A stretch of 64,000 bases of DNA from Candidatus Sungiibacteriota bacterium (GTDB lineage Bacteria; Patescibacteriota; Minisyncoccia; Sungbacterales; SURF-37): positions 19,302-83,301 of the forward strand of contig JACPMF010000007.1 in the NCBI GenBank assembly GCA_016186145.1. Reading direction: 5' to 3'. The notes beneath the pieces are model-generated. The model saw nothing but the letters and a program-made list of their open reading frames with translations, had not been told where the DNA came from and made no database searches. Shown piece by piece: positions 19,341 through 28,914 of the stretch; the first letter of the stretch is position 1, and each line of letters opens with the position of its first letter. The translations under genes were made by a program, and so were the position numbers.

Positions 19341-19823
19341 TTAATCACGGAAGCGATGGATCTGATAAGCGGCAATACCAAAAGCCACAGCAACATTCAA
19401 CGATTCTTTTTTTCCAGACATTGGAATTTCTACCGCCTTATCGGCCGCCTTAACAAGAGAACGCGGCAATCCTTTTACCTCATTGCCGACAACCAGCGCC
19501 ATCGGAAAGTGCGGTTTTAATTTATTAAGCGCGACGCTTTGGGGTGATTGCTCAAGCGCCACTATTTGCACCCGTTTCTTTTTTAGCTCCTTCAAAAGCT
19601 GGGAAACAGACGTTCGCTTTTCCCATGCCACCCAACGCTCCGCGCCAAGCGCGGTTTTTGAAATTTTTTCATGGGGCGGCGCAGGCGTATAACCGGTAAG
19701 GTAAATTTTCGAAACCCCGAACGCGTCACTCGTTCTAAAAACGGAGCCGACATTCTCACGGCTCCGAATGTTGTGACAAACGATATAAAAATCTTTCCGG
19801 CTGTTATTGTTTTGACGGGACAC
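19341..19823 (-). CDS. TrmH/SpoU family RNA methyltransferase
   Basis: NIRS.ENVGSVFRT, VGNEVKGL, IPM.G..ESLNVAVA; GTG start at 19823 inferred. Confidence 0.9.
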   Translation of the reverse strand: MSRQNNNSRKDFYIVCHNIRSRENVGSVFRTSDAFGVSKIYLTGYTPAPPHEKISKTALGAERWVAWEKRTSVSQLLKELKKKRVQIVALEQSPQSVALNKLKPHFPMALVVGNEVKGLPRSLVKAADKAVEIPMSGKKESLNVAVAFGIAAYQIHRFRD

Positions 19824-20763
19824 GAGTTTTCTCGATAATAGGCGGATATAGCTCCGGATCAATAACTCGGGTAAAACATGTCCGCCCGATACCATGCGTC
19901 CAGTTTTCAGAAAGGCCTTGATACGCAGGCGTCCGAATACCAAATGGGGATTCCGCAGTTTCGGCGCCGCTGGTTTTAAAATCAGCGCAAAGTTCAAACC
20001 GCAGCCCTCCAAGAACCCTGTACTCGTAAGGCCCGCCGCTTTCCGGGTCTTGAGGTACGGCGTATCCGGAAATATCGTCGCGTAATTCTTCAAGTATTAC
20101 AGGCAATTTTTCTTTTCTCTGCCAGTAATTTACGATCTGCCACTGAACACTCTGCAAATCCTGAGCCCTTCGTTCATCAAACTTTCGCAAACGCTCGCGG
20201 AATGGGGAACCGGCAACAAAAAACCCGGCAACGGCCGAAACAACAACGATACCAACGACGACGAAAATAAACACGCGCATCCGTGGGTCTTGGGAAGCCA
20301 TTTCCTCGTGGCGAATATTCCAAAGGTAGTAACAAAAGACGGCTGTTGCAATGAATAATATCGTAATAATTTTGAGCAAAAAGCGAATAGAAAGATCTCC
20401 GCCAAGAAAATTATAAATAAGGGCAACGATATCGCCGATAATAAGCCCTGAAGCGGCAAAAAGCGTAAAATAGTAAAGCCACTTCCGGCTCTTCAGTTCC
20501 CGTTTTTCAGGATTGAAAGAAACGTCTCTGGCAAGCACCCAACTCGTCCAGACATAAACCGGAAAGACGACAACAAGCGCGGCAAGCGCCCAACGAACCG
20601 CGTCACGCGAGCCCTGCGGAAAATACGAAAGCTGGTCGGGAAAAAGAAGATCAATAAATTGAAAAACCAGTACGCCAAAACTCACGGCGGAAATGTAAAG
20701 CGCAATGATCGCAAGAAGATGCATAAAGACATCTTTTGGGGATATTTTGACGTTATGTTCCAT
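19804..20763 (-). CDS. DUF5671-like membrane protein with pilin-like C-terminal part
   Basis: Multi-TM, RKWL.YFTLF, D..R.QDL, PQDPESG.PYEY. Confidence 0.7.
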   Translation of the reverse strand: MEHNVKISPKDVFMHLLAIIALYISAVSFGVLVFQFIDLLFPDQLSYFPQGSRDAVRWALAALVVVFPVYVWTSWVLARDVSFNPEKRELKSRKWLYYFTLFAASGLIIGDIVALIYNFLGGDLSIRFLLKIITILFIATAVFCYYLWNIRHEEMASQDPRMRVFIFVVVGIVVVSAVAGFFVAGSPFRERLRKFDERRAQDLQSVQWQIVNYWQRKEKLPVILEELRDDISGYAVPQDPESGGPYEYRVLGGLRFELCADFKTSGAETAESPFGIRTPAYQGLSENWTHGIGRTCFTRVIDPELYPPIIEKTRVPSKQ

Positions 20764-20777
20764 AAATTTCCGGCTTC

Positions 20778-20948
20778 TTAATTTCTCTGCGCCCCGAGCA
20801 TGCCTTTACTATATTCCCTTGCAATTTTTACAACAAGCTCTTGGATTTTTGATTCGGCCTCCTTGGAATTCAAAATTTCGCGCCTGATTTGCGCTTTTTC
20901 TTTTCTCAAAAATTTACGTATTGATTTCGGCAATTTTGAAACGCGCAT
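20778..20948 (-). CDS. Small basic protein (56 aa)
   Basis: Hand translation MRVSKLPKSIRKFLRKEKAQIRREILNSKEAESKIQELVVKIAREYSKGMLGAQRN; fills the gap in a co-directional run. Confidence 0.65.
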   Translation of the reverse strand: MRVSKLPKSIRKFLRKEKAQIRREILNSKEAESKIQELVVKIAREYSKGMLGAQRN

Positions 20949-20954
20949 AGATCG

Positions 20955-21167
20955 TCAAATCCGACCCCATTCGTCAAAACCAATACCCGCCTGACGCAAA
21001 ATCTCCGCAATGAGATGTTTTGAAATATCGCCTCGGTGAGGGTTTGGGATACGAATTTTAACTTCTCCTTTTGCCATAAATAAGTGACGACCGCCTGAAT
21101 AGGGGCCGTCAAATCCGTGTTTTCTTAATTTCCGGACTAAATTTCGCCAGGAAAGATTTTTAATCAT
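20955..21167 (-). CDS. hicA: HicA family toxin
   Basis: GFDGPYSGGRH..IPNPH..ILRQAGI. Confidence 0.9.
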   Translation of the reverse strand: MIKNLSWRNLVRKLRKHGFDGPYSGGRHLFMAKGEVKIRIPNPHRGDISKHLIAEILRQAGIGFDEWGRI

Positions 21168-21177
21168 AATGCATCCG

Positions 21178-21423
21178 CTATCGTACCCTTACCAACATAC
21201 GGCGATCAATCTTAATTTCAAAACCCGGAACTCTTTCATGATCCCTCACCTTCAATAACAACCAATCTTCAAGAACCTCGCGCAACTCCTTTCTACAACT
21301 TTCTAAATTATCTGCATCCGCCCACACCCCTCGCAAACCAACGATCTCACCGAAGTAAGTTCCGTCTTTCAGGATTTTGTATCGAGCTTTTTTCAATTGC
21401 CGGTCTATAAATTCACTAAACAT
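21178..21423 (-). CDS. hicB: HicB family antitoxin (short)
   Basis: YFGEI.GLRGVWA...LE.CR.EL.EVLEDW; upstream of hicA. Confidence 0.85.
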   Translation of the reverse strand: MFSEFIDRQLKKARYKILKDGTYFGEIVGLRGVWADADNLESCRKELREVLEDWLLLKVRDHERVPGFEIKIDRRMLVRVR

Positions 21424-21491
21424 ACTTTGATATTATCATACTTCATACTATACATGCAACACTACGGCTATTTTTAAATTTTTATACCCCC

Positions 21492-21531
21492 AATAACATT
21501 CTCATATTCTTAAGAATATGAGAATGTTATT
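21492..21531. repeat. Perfect 40-bp palindrome
   Basis: AATAACATTCTCATATTCTT|AAGAATATGAGAATGTTATT. Confidence 0.9.
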
Positions 21532-21749
21532 CCCTGCAGCCTTTTTAAATTTTCCAAACAACACCCTAACATTCTCCCCAGTAGTAGAACGCTGCGCGTT
21601 AACTACGGGGCAGGCAAGTTTGTTGGTATGTTATTTTCCATTGCCCATGGCACTTCTGTTACTTCAATGGTGCCCCGTGAAGTACTTGCCTTCCTAATGC
21701 CTTTTTGCTACCTTGATTATGAAACATTTTTTACAAAGGAGGTGTCGTC

Positions 21750-21953
21750 ATGTTCTTTGTTATCTTCTTTGTTATCGGTATCGCTTTACCTGTTGCGACC
21801 ACTTTTATCATTTACGGGATAAGGTTAGTCAATCAGGGGAACTTTCTTCTTGGCAGCTTGTCATTCTTTGTTGTCCTATTTCCAATTGCAGCAATAGTGG
21901 GGAAAATCTTTGAGAACTACTCCAAGCCTTCTTCAAATGAACCCTGTCAGTAG
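21750..21953 (+). CDS. Small two-TM protein
   Basis: AAGGAGGT SD, two hydrophobic helices, downstream hairpin plus T run. Confidence 0.65.
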   Translation: MFFVIFFVIGIALPVATTFIIYGIRLVNQGNFLLGSLSFFVVLFPIAAIVGKIFENYSKPSSNEPCQ

Positions 21954-22011
21954 CGACCATGCCGGTCGCTTTTTTCTTGTCCCCACTATCCTCTGCGAAC
22001 CGTGGCAGCGT

Positions 22012-22911
22012 TTATATTTCTTTCCGTATCCCCGCCACAAACTCCTTTAACTTAGAGACAACATCCGAAACGTCAAAACCGTAAGCTGGAAAAGAAGCAA
22101 GCTCTGATCCGCCTTCAATTCGGCCGCCCCCCCCTTCATCCGTATGAAAATCAGAGCCGGCGGTTCTTAAAATGCCGTACTTGTCGGCAAGCCGGTATAA
22201 GAATTTTACCTGTTCCTCGGTCTGGGCCGGATTAAACGCTTCAAGCCCGTCGAGCCCCCATCCGATAAATTTTTTAAGCCGTTCCTCAAGTTGAACAAAA
22301 TCAAGCTTGTGGATTGCCGGATGCGACCACACCGCAACTCCGCCCGCGCGATGCAACAGGCCTATTCCGGACTCCATAGAAATACTCTCACGCTCAACAT
22401 AGGTCGGTTTCCCTAAAACAAGATATCCCTCAATTACGCTTTTAACGCTTGCCTCCTCGCCGAGGATTTTTTTATTTTCAGGATTCGCAAGCAACGCCTG
22501 CGCAATGTGCGGCCGGCCGACCGAAGAACCGGTTGCCTGCCGCAAAACATCTTCATAGGTTATCCGGAACCCTGCCGCCTGAAGCCGTCTTACAATTTCC
22601 TGCGCTCTGGTAACCCGTTCTTCCCTGATTGCAACCAGCGTAGAAGCGAGTTCTGCGTTTTTATCATCAATCCCAAAACCAAGAAGATGAAAAGACGCCT
22701 TGCCGTCATTCACGGAAAGTTCGATGCCGGAAATGATTTCCACGCCATACTCTTTCCCGGCAGAAAGCGCTTCGGCAACCCCGGAAACCGTATCGTGGTC
22801 TGTGATTGCGATTGTTTCCAGTTTCAATCCGGCAGCGCGCCTTACTAACTCTCGCGGCGCATATTTCCCGTCAGACATCGACGATTGAATTTGAAGGTCG
22901 AAAGAATTCAT
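22012..22911 (-). CDS. PHP domain phosphoesterase (TrpH/YciV-like)
   Basis: SDG, AITDHD, GIELS, GRPH, GSDFH; first HxH motif replaced by QIQ. Confidence 0.9.
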   Translation of the reverse strand: MNSFDLQIQSSMSDGKYAPRELVRRAAGLKLETIAITDHDTVSGVAEALSAGKEYGVEIISGIELSVNDGKASFHLLGFGIDDKNAELASTLVAIREERVTRAQEIVRRLQAAGFRITYEDVLRQATGSSVGRPHIAQALLANPENKKILGEEASVKSVIEGYLVLGKPTYVERESISMESGIGLLHRAGGVAVWSHPAIHKLDFVQLEERLKKFIGWGLDGLEAFNPAQTEEQVKFLYRLADKYGILRTAGSDFHTDEGGGGRIEGGSELASFPAYGFDVSDVVSKLKEFVAGIRKEI

Positions 22912-22974
22912 AACTTGAAAGTTCGCATCATCAGCTTAACAAAAAAGCCGCCTTTTGATAAGACGGCGCATTTT

Positions 22975-23898
22975 CTAACTTTCTCTTGAATTTTCTTCCA
23001 ACCGTAAAAGATAACTCCACCTCCTGTCCACTCGTTCCTGAAATTCGCGAAGCAACTCGGGAGAATTCATAATGGAAGCAAAACGCCGCTGATGTTTGAG
23101 AAATTCTTCAACCGGTTTTCCTCTTTTTGGTCGGGTGAGGTGCAAACAGTCATCAGCAACTTCTACCAGTGGAAAAACCCGCGTATCAACCGCAAGCGCG
23201 GCGAGCTCCGGAGCGCTCGAAGTGTCGCACTTCCAGCCCGGAGGACATACCGACAAAACATGCAAGCACCGAAATCCTTTTTGATCCGCAGCTTTCGCGA
23301 CTTTTGCATAAAAATCGTTGAGCGTTGGAACAGAAAGCGCCAATGAGGCGAAATAGGGAATTTTGTGCGAAAGCATTATCCCAAGGATATCCTTCTGGGC
23401 AACTTCCTTGCCATCAGGGCTTGTCTGAGTCCTCGCACCCTCCGGCGTTGCGCCCGATTCCTGCGCACCGGTATTACCATATGTCTGGTTGTCATTGATG
23501 ACATAAAGAACATTTGCATTCCGAATGGCCGCGCCAGAAAGCAATCCAAGCCCGATATCAAACGAGGAGCCATCACCCGCCCACACAATCGTGAGTTCGT
23601 CGTCAGCCAGCCATTTTCGCTCCGACATAATACTGATACCCTCACCTACAGTAGCGCCCGCGATAAAAGGCGTATTCACAAGATTTGTCCCGAGAAAAGA
23701 AACCCCGTTCCAGCCGCTGCCGATTGACCAGCACGAAGCCGGAACCACCACAGCACGAATCTTTTTCGTCCGCCCGGAAGGAAGCGGCTGGGAAACAATG
23801 CTCAAGATGTGCGCCATGGCAATTGCAGAGCCGCATCCGGGGCAAAGCCCGTGCCGCGAGTCAAGAAACGATGCAACCGAGATGTCCCTTGGTTTCAT
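22975..23898 (-). CDS. porB: 2-oxoacid (pyruvate-type):ferredoxin oxidoreductase beta subunit
   Basis: CPGCG, GDG...DN..YGNTG.Q TPP motif, VCPPGW. Confidence 0.9.
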   Translation of the reverse strand: MKPRDISVASFLDSRHGLCPGCGSAIAMAHILSIVSQPLPSGRTKKIRAVVVPASCWSIGSGWNGVSFLGTNLVNTPFIAGATVGEGISIMSERKWLADDELTIVWAGDGSSFDIGLGLLSGAAIRNANVLYVINDNQTYGNTGAQESGATPEGARTQTSPDGKEVAQKDILGIMLSHKIPYFASLALSVPTLNDFYAKVAKAADQKGFRCLHVLSVCPPGWKCDTSSAPELAALAVDTRVFPLVEVADDCLHLTRPKRGKPVEEFLKHQRRFASIMNSPELLREFQERVDRRWSYLLRLEENSRES

Positions 23899-25088
23899 CC
23901 GCGCCCCCCCAGCCAATACGTCTTTTTGAGAGGTCCGATTTCTTTCCGAACGGCATCAAGCATATCAATAAAACCTCTTTCTGAAAGATCCTGCCCACCG
24001 AAACCGCCGACGAAACTATGAATATCCGCGCCGTTGTACCTGCATGCGCCGCCTGATAGGCGAAGTTCGTCGGCAATTACTCCGTTCCCGTTCGGCAAAA
24101 TGCTTCTGTCAATCACAACAACCTTGGATACGTTTCCAATGGCAGCCCGCAACTCTTCTGCGGGAAACGGCCTGAAGAAACGGAGGCCGATTACCTTTAC
24201 ATCCTCGCGGGATCCGAATGCCTCTTCAACCGTTCCCGTAACCGCGCCTGCAGAAATAACTGCAACGTCCGCGTTCACGCCTCCATTGACCCGGAAAAAC
24301 CCATTCCCATAACACCGCCCGGAAACACGCTGCCAGTCATTAGCGATTTTAGGAATAAGACTCTGTGCCGAACGCATCGCGCCGACAAGCGAACGCTTTC
24401 TTGCAGAATGTTCTTCCCAGTCGTATGGGCACTGTAAATTCATTGCCGCCGATCCATCCTCCCCGGGAAGAACGGAATCTTTTCTGCCGTGTCTCGGCGG
24501 AAGAAATTCACGCACCTGCTCTGATGTCGGAACACCAACCGCTTCGGCGGTATGGGATAACATGAACCCGTCCAAATTCACCAGAACCGGCAACGAGACG
24601 GATTGATCCTCAGACAAACGGTATGCCCACAGGATCATATCCAGCGCCTCCTGAACGCTTGCGCAGTAAATCTGCGGCATGAAAAAATCGCGAAGCAAAA
24701 GCGAATCCGTCTGATCCGGATGAATAGACCACGGAGCGCCGAGCGAACGGTTCGTGTTTGCAATAACAAGCGGCAGGCGCGCAGTCGTTGCCCAATGCAA
24801 AAGCTCGAACATAAGTGCGAGCCCCTGGGAAGAAGTTGCGGTCCCGTATCGCCCGCCAGCCGTTGCAACGCCAATACCAAGCGCCATGGAAGCGAGTTCG
24901 GAATCCATATTCCGGTATGTTGTGGAAATCACGCCCCTGCTTGCAAACGCCGCCATCTCCTCTGTTATCTCGGTTGACGGCGTGATCGGATAGCCGCCGA
25001 AAACATCAAGCTCCGCAAGCGCGAAACCATGCGCTGCGGCCCTGTTTCCGGTAAGCACCATCCGCCCGCTTCTCAACTTACCGTCCAT
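23895..25088 (-). CDS. porA: 2-oxidoacid:ferredoxin oxidoreductase alpha subunit
   Basis: GYPITPSTEI, TATSSQGL.LM.E, DGF.LSHT, FRPFP. Confidence 0.9.
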   Translation of the reverse strand: MDGKLRSGRMVLTGNRAAAHGFALAELDVFGGYPITPSTEITEEMAAFASRGVISTTYRNMDSELASMALGIGVATAGGRYGTATSSQGLALMFELLHWATTARLPLVIANTNRSLGAPWSIHPDQTDSLLLRDFFMPQIYCASVQEALDMILWAYRLSEDQSVSLPVLVNLDGFMLSHTAEAVGVPTSEQVREFLPPRHGRKDSVLPGEDGSAAMNLQCPYDWEEHSARKRSLVGAMRSAQSLIPKIANDWQRVSGRCYGNGFFRVNGGVNADVAVISAGAVTGTVEEAFGSREDVKVIGLRFFRPFPAEELRAAIGNVSKVVVIDRSILPNGNGVIADELRLSGGACRYNGADIHSFVGGFGGQDLSERGFIDMLDAVRKEIGPLKKTYWLGGRG

Positions 25089-25944
25089 GATCGCCGCCTC
25101 CTTGCATGACCGCGCTATCAAGCTTTGAACTTTCTTCGAGCCGCATGATTATGGCATCCAGCGGACAAATTGCAACACAAATGGCGCAGTAATTACATTT
25201 CTCTTCATGGATGACATAACGGCCGCCTGCCGTAACCTCGATGGCTCGCTTTGGACAAAAAAGATAGCAGAGATTGCATGCCGTGCACCGTTCGTCGGGT
25301 TGGACAAGATACGGAAAGTTTCGACTCTTAATCAACAGCTGCCACACCGGCATTCCGTCGGCCATAAGCCGGACAACAGTCCTTTTGCCCTCCAAAAAAG
25401 CTTTTTGATTTTCAGAAACTTTCTGAGGCAACGCCTCACCCAAAACAGCATCCGCAAGATCGTCCGGGAACTGGGCCCCGAAGACCGATTCCAAAATACG
25501 CGCCACTCCGCCGGCCATCGCTGAATTGACCACTGTGAACGGATCTGACGGCTCGCCGATACCGCAACCAAGCGAAATGCTTCGGCAGTTCAGTGTATAA
25601 ACCAACCAATCGTGAGTCAGCCCCATAAACTGGTTCGGTGCCGAAGTGTTGATAACAACAATCCCGCCGGGCTTCAGCCCTTCGAGGGCTTTGGCCAGCT
25701 GAACTCGCTCGTGGTCGAAGACAACAACCATATCGGGCTCGCTGATGAACGAATGCGTTGAAATTTTTTTGCGGCCGCAACGAAGATACCCCGCAACCGC
25801 CGCCCCTCGCCGCTCTCCGCCAAAAAATGGAAATGCCTGCACTTGAAAACCGGAACGCAAAAGAATCGGAGCAAGCATCTCCTGGATCATGCTTTTTAAA
25901 CCCTGCCCGCCCAAACCGTGAAAGCGGATTGAAAACCTGTCCAT
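25078..25944 (-). CDS. porC: Fused gamma-delta (ferredoxin) subunit of the oxidoreductase
   Basis: IRFHGLGGQG, FGGERRGA; C-terminal CTACNLC..CP and CNYCAIC..CP 2x[4Fe-4S]. Confidence 0.9.
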   Translation of the reverse strand: MDRFSIRFHGLGGQGLKSMIQEMLAPILLRSGFQVQAFPFFGGERRGAAVAGYLRCGRKKISTHSFISEPDMVVVFDHERVQLAKALEGLKPGGIVVINTSAPNQFMGLTHDWLVYTLNCRSISLGCGIGEPSDPFTVVNSAMAGGVARILESVFGAQFPDDLADAVLGEALPQKVSENQKAFLEGKRTVVRLMADGMPVWQLLIKSRNFPYLVQPDERCTACNLCYLFCPKRAIEVTAGGRYVIHEEKCNYCAICVAICPLDAIIMRLEESSKLDSAVMQGGGDHGR

Positions 25945-26098
25945 AATCTCTTCTCCTTTTTATAAAGGTATTTCGTTGTCAAAGTTCACACCTCTAGTGG
26001 TAATCCAAAAGATGACACCGGTCAAGCATTTAAATTTGACAGGCTTAGTATATGTGTTATGGTGTCGCCACGTGGACAACCCCTTTTAGGAGGTAAAA

Positions 26099-26476
26099 AT
26101 GAAACAGGGCTTAGCGTTTGCGCTCGGGATTTTTGTTGGAAACTGGCTTGCGGTCCCATTGCTCTTTGGTAAGCCAACACATGGAGACGGTTTCTTCACT
26201 GGATTGATTGCAGCGATCTTTGTGCTTTGTATAACTGCGCTTATCATACACCTGCGGAATTGCGCCGTATGCAACCGTGAAGGAGGTGAAACTATCGGTA
26301 AAAATAAACATGACCCTTACGATTCGCCACCGCCGGATCTCCTTGAAGACGACGACTGCTGTAGTTGCCCGTGCTCACCGTGTCGAACAAATCCGCCACG
26401 GCAAGATGGGATAGCTGAATCACAATGTTGTTCATGCCACGACCTCGGTGAATTTGACGAAGGCGGCAGTGGCTAA
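26099..26476 (+). CDS. Membrane hypothetical protein with Cys-rich tail
   Basis: TTGACA promoter, AGGAGGT SD, 2 TM, terminator after. Confidence 0.65.
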   Translation: MKQGLAFALGIFVGNWLAVPLLFGKPTHGDGFFTGLIAAIFVLCITALIIHLRNCAVCNREGGETIGKNKHDPYDSPPPDLLEDDDCCSCPCSPCRTNPPRQDGIAESQCCSCHDLGEFDEGGSG

Positions 26477-26525
26477 TTCGCCGCCGTCTCACAAGCCCCA
26501 GGGGCGAGCACTGCTCGCCCTGTTT

Positions 26526-27860
26526 TTATTTCGGCCCCATTAATTCTTCCTTGGCAGCCTGCCTGTCGTCCCACGGTATTTTTACTCCGGCAGGACCCAT
26601 GATAAACCGTTCCGCCCCCTTGCCGGTGATAACCACCGTATCGCCGGGCATTGCGAGACGCAGAGCTTCACGAATTGCTTCACGACGATCGATATAGCTT
26701 TTAGCTTTTAGCTTATAGCTTATAGGTACGCCCACCGCAACATCATCTATAATTTTTTGTGGATTTTCATCGTATGGGTCTTCGTTGGTCAAAATAACTT
26801 CGCTGCAAAACTCCGAGGCGATTTTTCCCAACTCCGGGCGTTTCCATTTATCGCGCCCGCCTCCGGCAGCACCCAAGACGCAAAGGAGCTTAAATCTTGG
26901 AGCTTGTCCGCCGAAGGCGGATCCACCTCTGGCGGAGAGCTTGGAGCGCTTACGAAGCGTTTCATAAACTTTCCGCAATGCATTTGGAGTGTGGGCGTAA
27001 TCGACAACCACGCGAAACGGTTCGTTTTGAAGAACTTCAAGCCGACCGGGAATACTCTTTATATGTTTAAGAGCGCCGGCTATATTTTCAAAAGAAACCC
27101 CAAAAGAACGCGCCGTAGCGACAGCCGCAAGGATGTTAGAGACATTAAATTGCCCGAAGAGCGCTGAATAAAAATCTATTCCGCTCACCCGAAAATATAT
27201 TTCGTTTTCGCAAGAAACATTGCTCACCGAAAACTCAACGCCGCCAACAACCAAAGACGCCGTGCTGTAAAAATTTATTTTCGCGCGTGCTCGCTTTGCA
27301 AAAAATTCCCATGCCGGATCGTCGCGATTCAAAACTGCAATTCCGTCGGAACCAAGCGCCTCAAAAAGCTTTGCTTTTGCCGCACGGTATTTCTCAAAAT
27401 CGCCGTGCGACTCAATATGCTCCGGCGTCAAATTCGTAAAGACGGCACAATCAAATGTTATAAACCGGTGCCGAAATTGCTTGATGCCCTCGGAGGTGAC
27501 CTCGATGACGGCAAACCTCGCTCCGGCTCTTCGCGCATCGGCAAGAAACCGCTGGACGGCAAACCTTCCCGGCATGGTCATTTTGAGAACATTCGGCCGC
27601 TCGCTTTCATTAATCTTGAAACGAAGAGAGGAACAGGAGGCAACCGAATAACCGCTTTTCAAAAAAATCTCGTGCAGCAAAGAAACAACGCTCGACTTTC
27701 CATCCGTTCCGGTCACCCCAATGACAACGAGACGGCGCGAAGGGAAAAGATAAAAAAACGCCGCAAAAAAAGCCAGTAAAAAATGGTAAAACGGCTGAAG
27801 CATTTTGAAAATCGGCCGCGGAATAATTTTTTTTAGCAGGGCTAAAACGGAATTTGACAT
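26526..27860 (-). CDS. murE: MurE-like Mur ligase
   Basis: GVTGTDGKS, EVTS, TNLTPEH, DYAHTP, GGGRD, GKG.E. Confidence 0.9.
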   Translation of the reverse strand: MSNSVLALLKKIIPRPIFKMLQPFYHFLLAFFAAFFYLFPSRRLVVIGVTGTDGKSSVVSLLHEIFLKSGYSVASCSSLRFKINESERPNVLKMTMPGRFAVQRFLADARRAGARFAVIEVTSEGIKQFRHRFITFDCAVFTNLTPEHIESHGDFEKYRAAKAKLFEALGSDGIAVLNRDDPAWEFFAKRARAKINFYSTASLVVGGVEFSVSNVSCENEIYFRVSGIDFYSALFGQFNVSNILAAVATARSFGVSFENIAGALKHIKSIPGRLEVLQNEPFRVVVDYAHTPNALRKVYETLRKRSKLSARGGSAFGGQAPRFKLLCVLGAAGGGRDKWKRPELGKIASEFCSEVILTNEDPYDENPQKIIDDVAVGVPISYKLKAKSYIDRREAIREALRLAMPGDTVVITGKGAERFIMGPAGVKIPWDDRQAAKEELMGPK

Positions 27861-27930
27861 GACAACCTATTTATAAAGCTGCGTTCTACGCGTCTCGCGC
27901 AATCCTTCAATGCTTTGACGCATTAAAGTG

Positions 27931-28914
27931 TCACCGCTTGCGTCTCAAAACGCGGAGGACGCTATAAAGAAAATACAGGCCGGGCCGATACACAACGTCC
28001 ACGGCCGAGGGGTATTCGATAACCTGCCCGCCGAAACCAATCTTGAACCGCGTCACTCCCGGCCACCGTCTTTCATCGACCCCCCAAAAATCGTAAAAGC
28101 CAAACCCGCGGTTTTTCGCTTCACGTATAATTTCCCAATGCAGAAGATGGGGGGCCATCATCTCTTTATACGCCCGGGACGAAGCTCCGTGTAGGTAAGT
28201 CGCCGTATGTGACGGCCCATAAAAATTGATAAGCGCGGCCGCCAAAATTTTATCTTCATAACGAGCAAAATAGAGTTCATTCCAAAAATTATCTGAACGG
28301 GTTTCAAAAAGAAACCGGTAGTGACGCTCGTCGTGAAGAGAAAAGCCATCCCGCTGCGACGTCTCGCAGAGAAGAGAAAAAAAGTTCCGGAATTGATCGC
28401 GTTCAACTCTTTGGACAACAACACCGTGCCGTGCCGCAAGACGAATATTGTAACGCGTCTTGGGGTGCATCTCCAAAAGCAACGCATCCTCGGTCTTTGA
28501 TAAATCGAGAATCAGCGTCTTTTGCGGCTGCAATGAATACGATTCGCGAACTTGAAACTTGTCCGCCGAAGGCGAATCCCCACCTGCCTGCCGGCCAGGC
28601 AGGGAACTTGCTTGCCCGCCGAAGCTCCAGCGTAGGCGGGGGGTTTGGAACTTTTCGATTGGTTCTACTCTTAGAAAAATACTTTTCTCCTCTTTTGCAA
28701 CTTTTTCCGCGCTTTCCAAAAATTTTTTGAGATCGCTTTTATTTTCAAAATGCGGCCGCGGAGCATACGCATAACCAAACCCGAAAGGAAGGGCGTGCTG
28801 AATCATAAGCGCGCCTTCCGCCCGCCATATTTTTCTTCCAATTCTTTGCTGAAACTGCTCCCATTCCGATGACTGTAAAAAAGAAATTTCCCGTTCTACT
28901 GAATATGCCATCAT
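27931..28914 (-). CDS. FemAB/FemX lipid II peptidyltransferase
   Basis: FLQS.EW, KTRYNIRLA, YLHGAS, YDFWG, G.TRFK.GFGG. Confidence 0.9.
   Translation of the reverse strand: MMAYSVEREISFLQSSEWEQFQQRIGRKIWRAEGALMIQHALPFGFGYAYAPRPHFENKSDLKKFLESAEKVAKEEKSIFLRVEPIEKFQTPRLRWSFGGQASSLPGRQAGGDSPSADKFQVRESYSLQPQKTLILDLSKTEDALLLEMHPKTRYNIRLAARHGVVVQRVERDQFRNFFSLLCETSQRDGFSLHDERHYRFLFETRSDNFWNELYFARYEDKILAAALINFYGPSHTATYLHGASSRAYKEMMAPHLLHWEIIREAKNRGFGFYDFWGVDERRWPGVTRFKIGFGGQVIEYPSAVDVVYRPGLYFLYSVLRVLRRKR

Noticed and set aside
19824-20093. N-terminal extension of the TrmH ORF
   Set aside because: Lies entirely within the upstream DUF5671-like gene in another frame.
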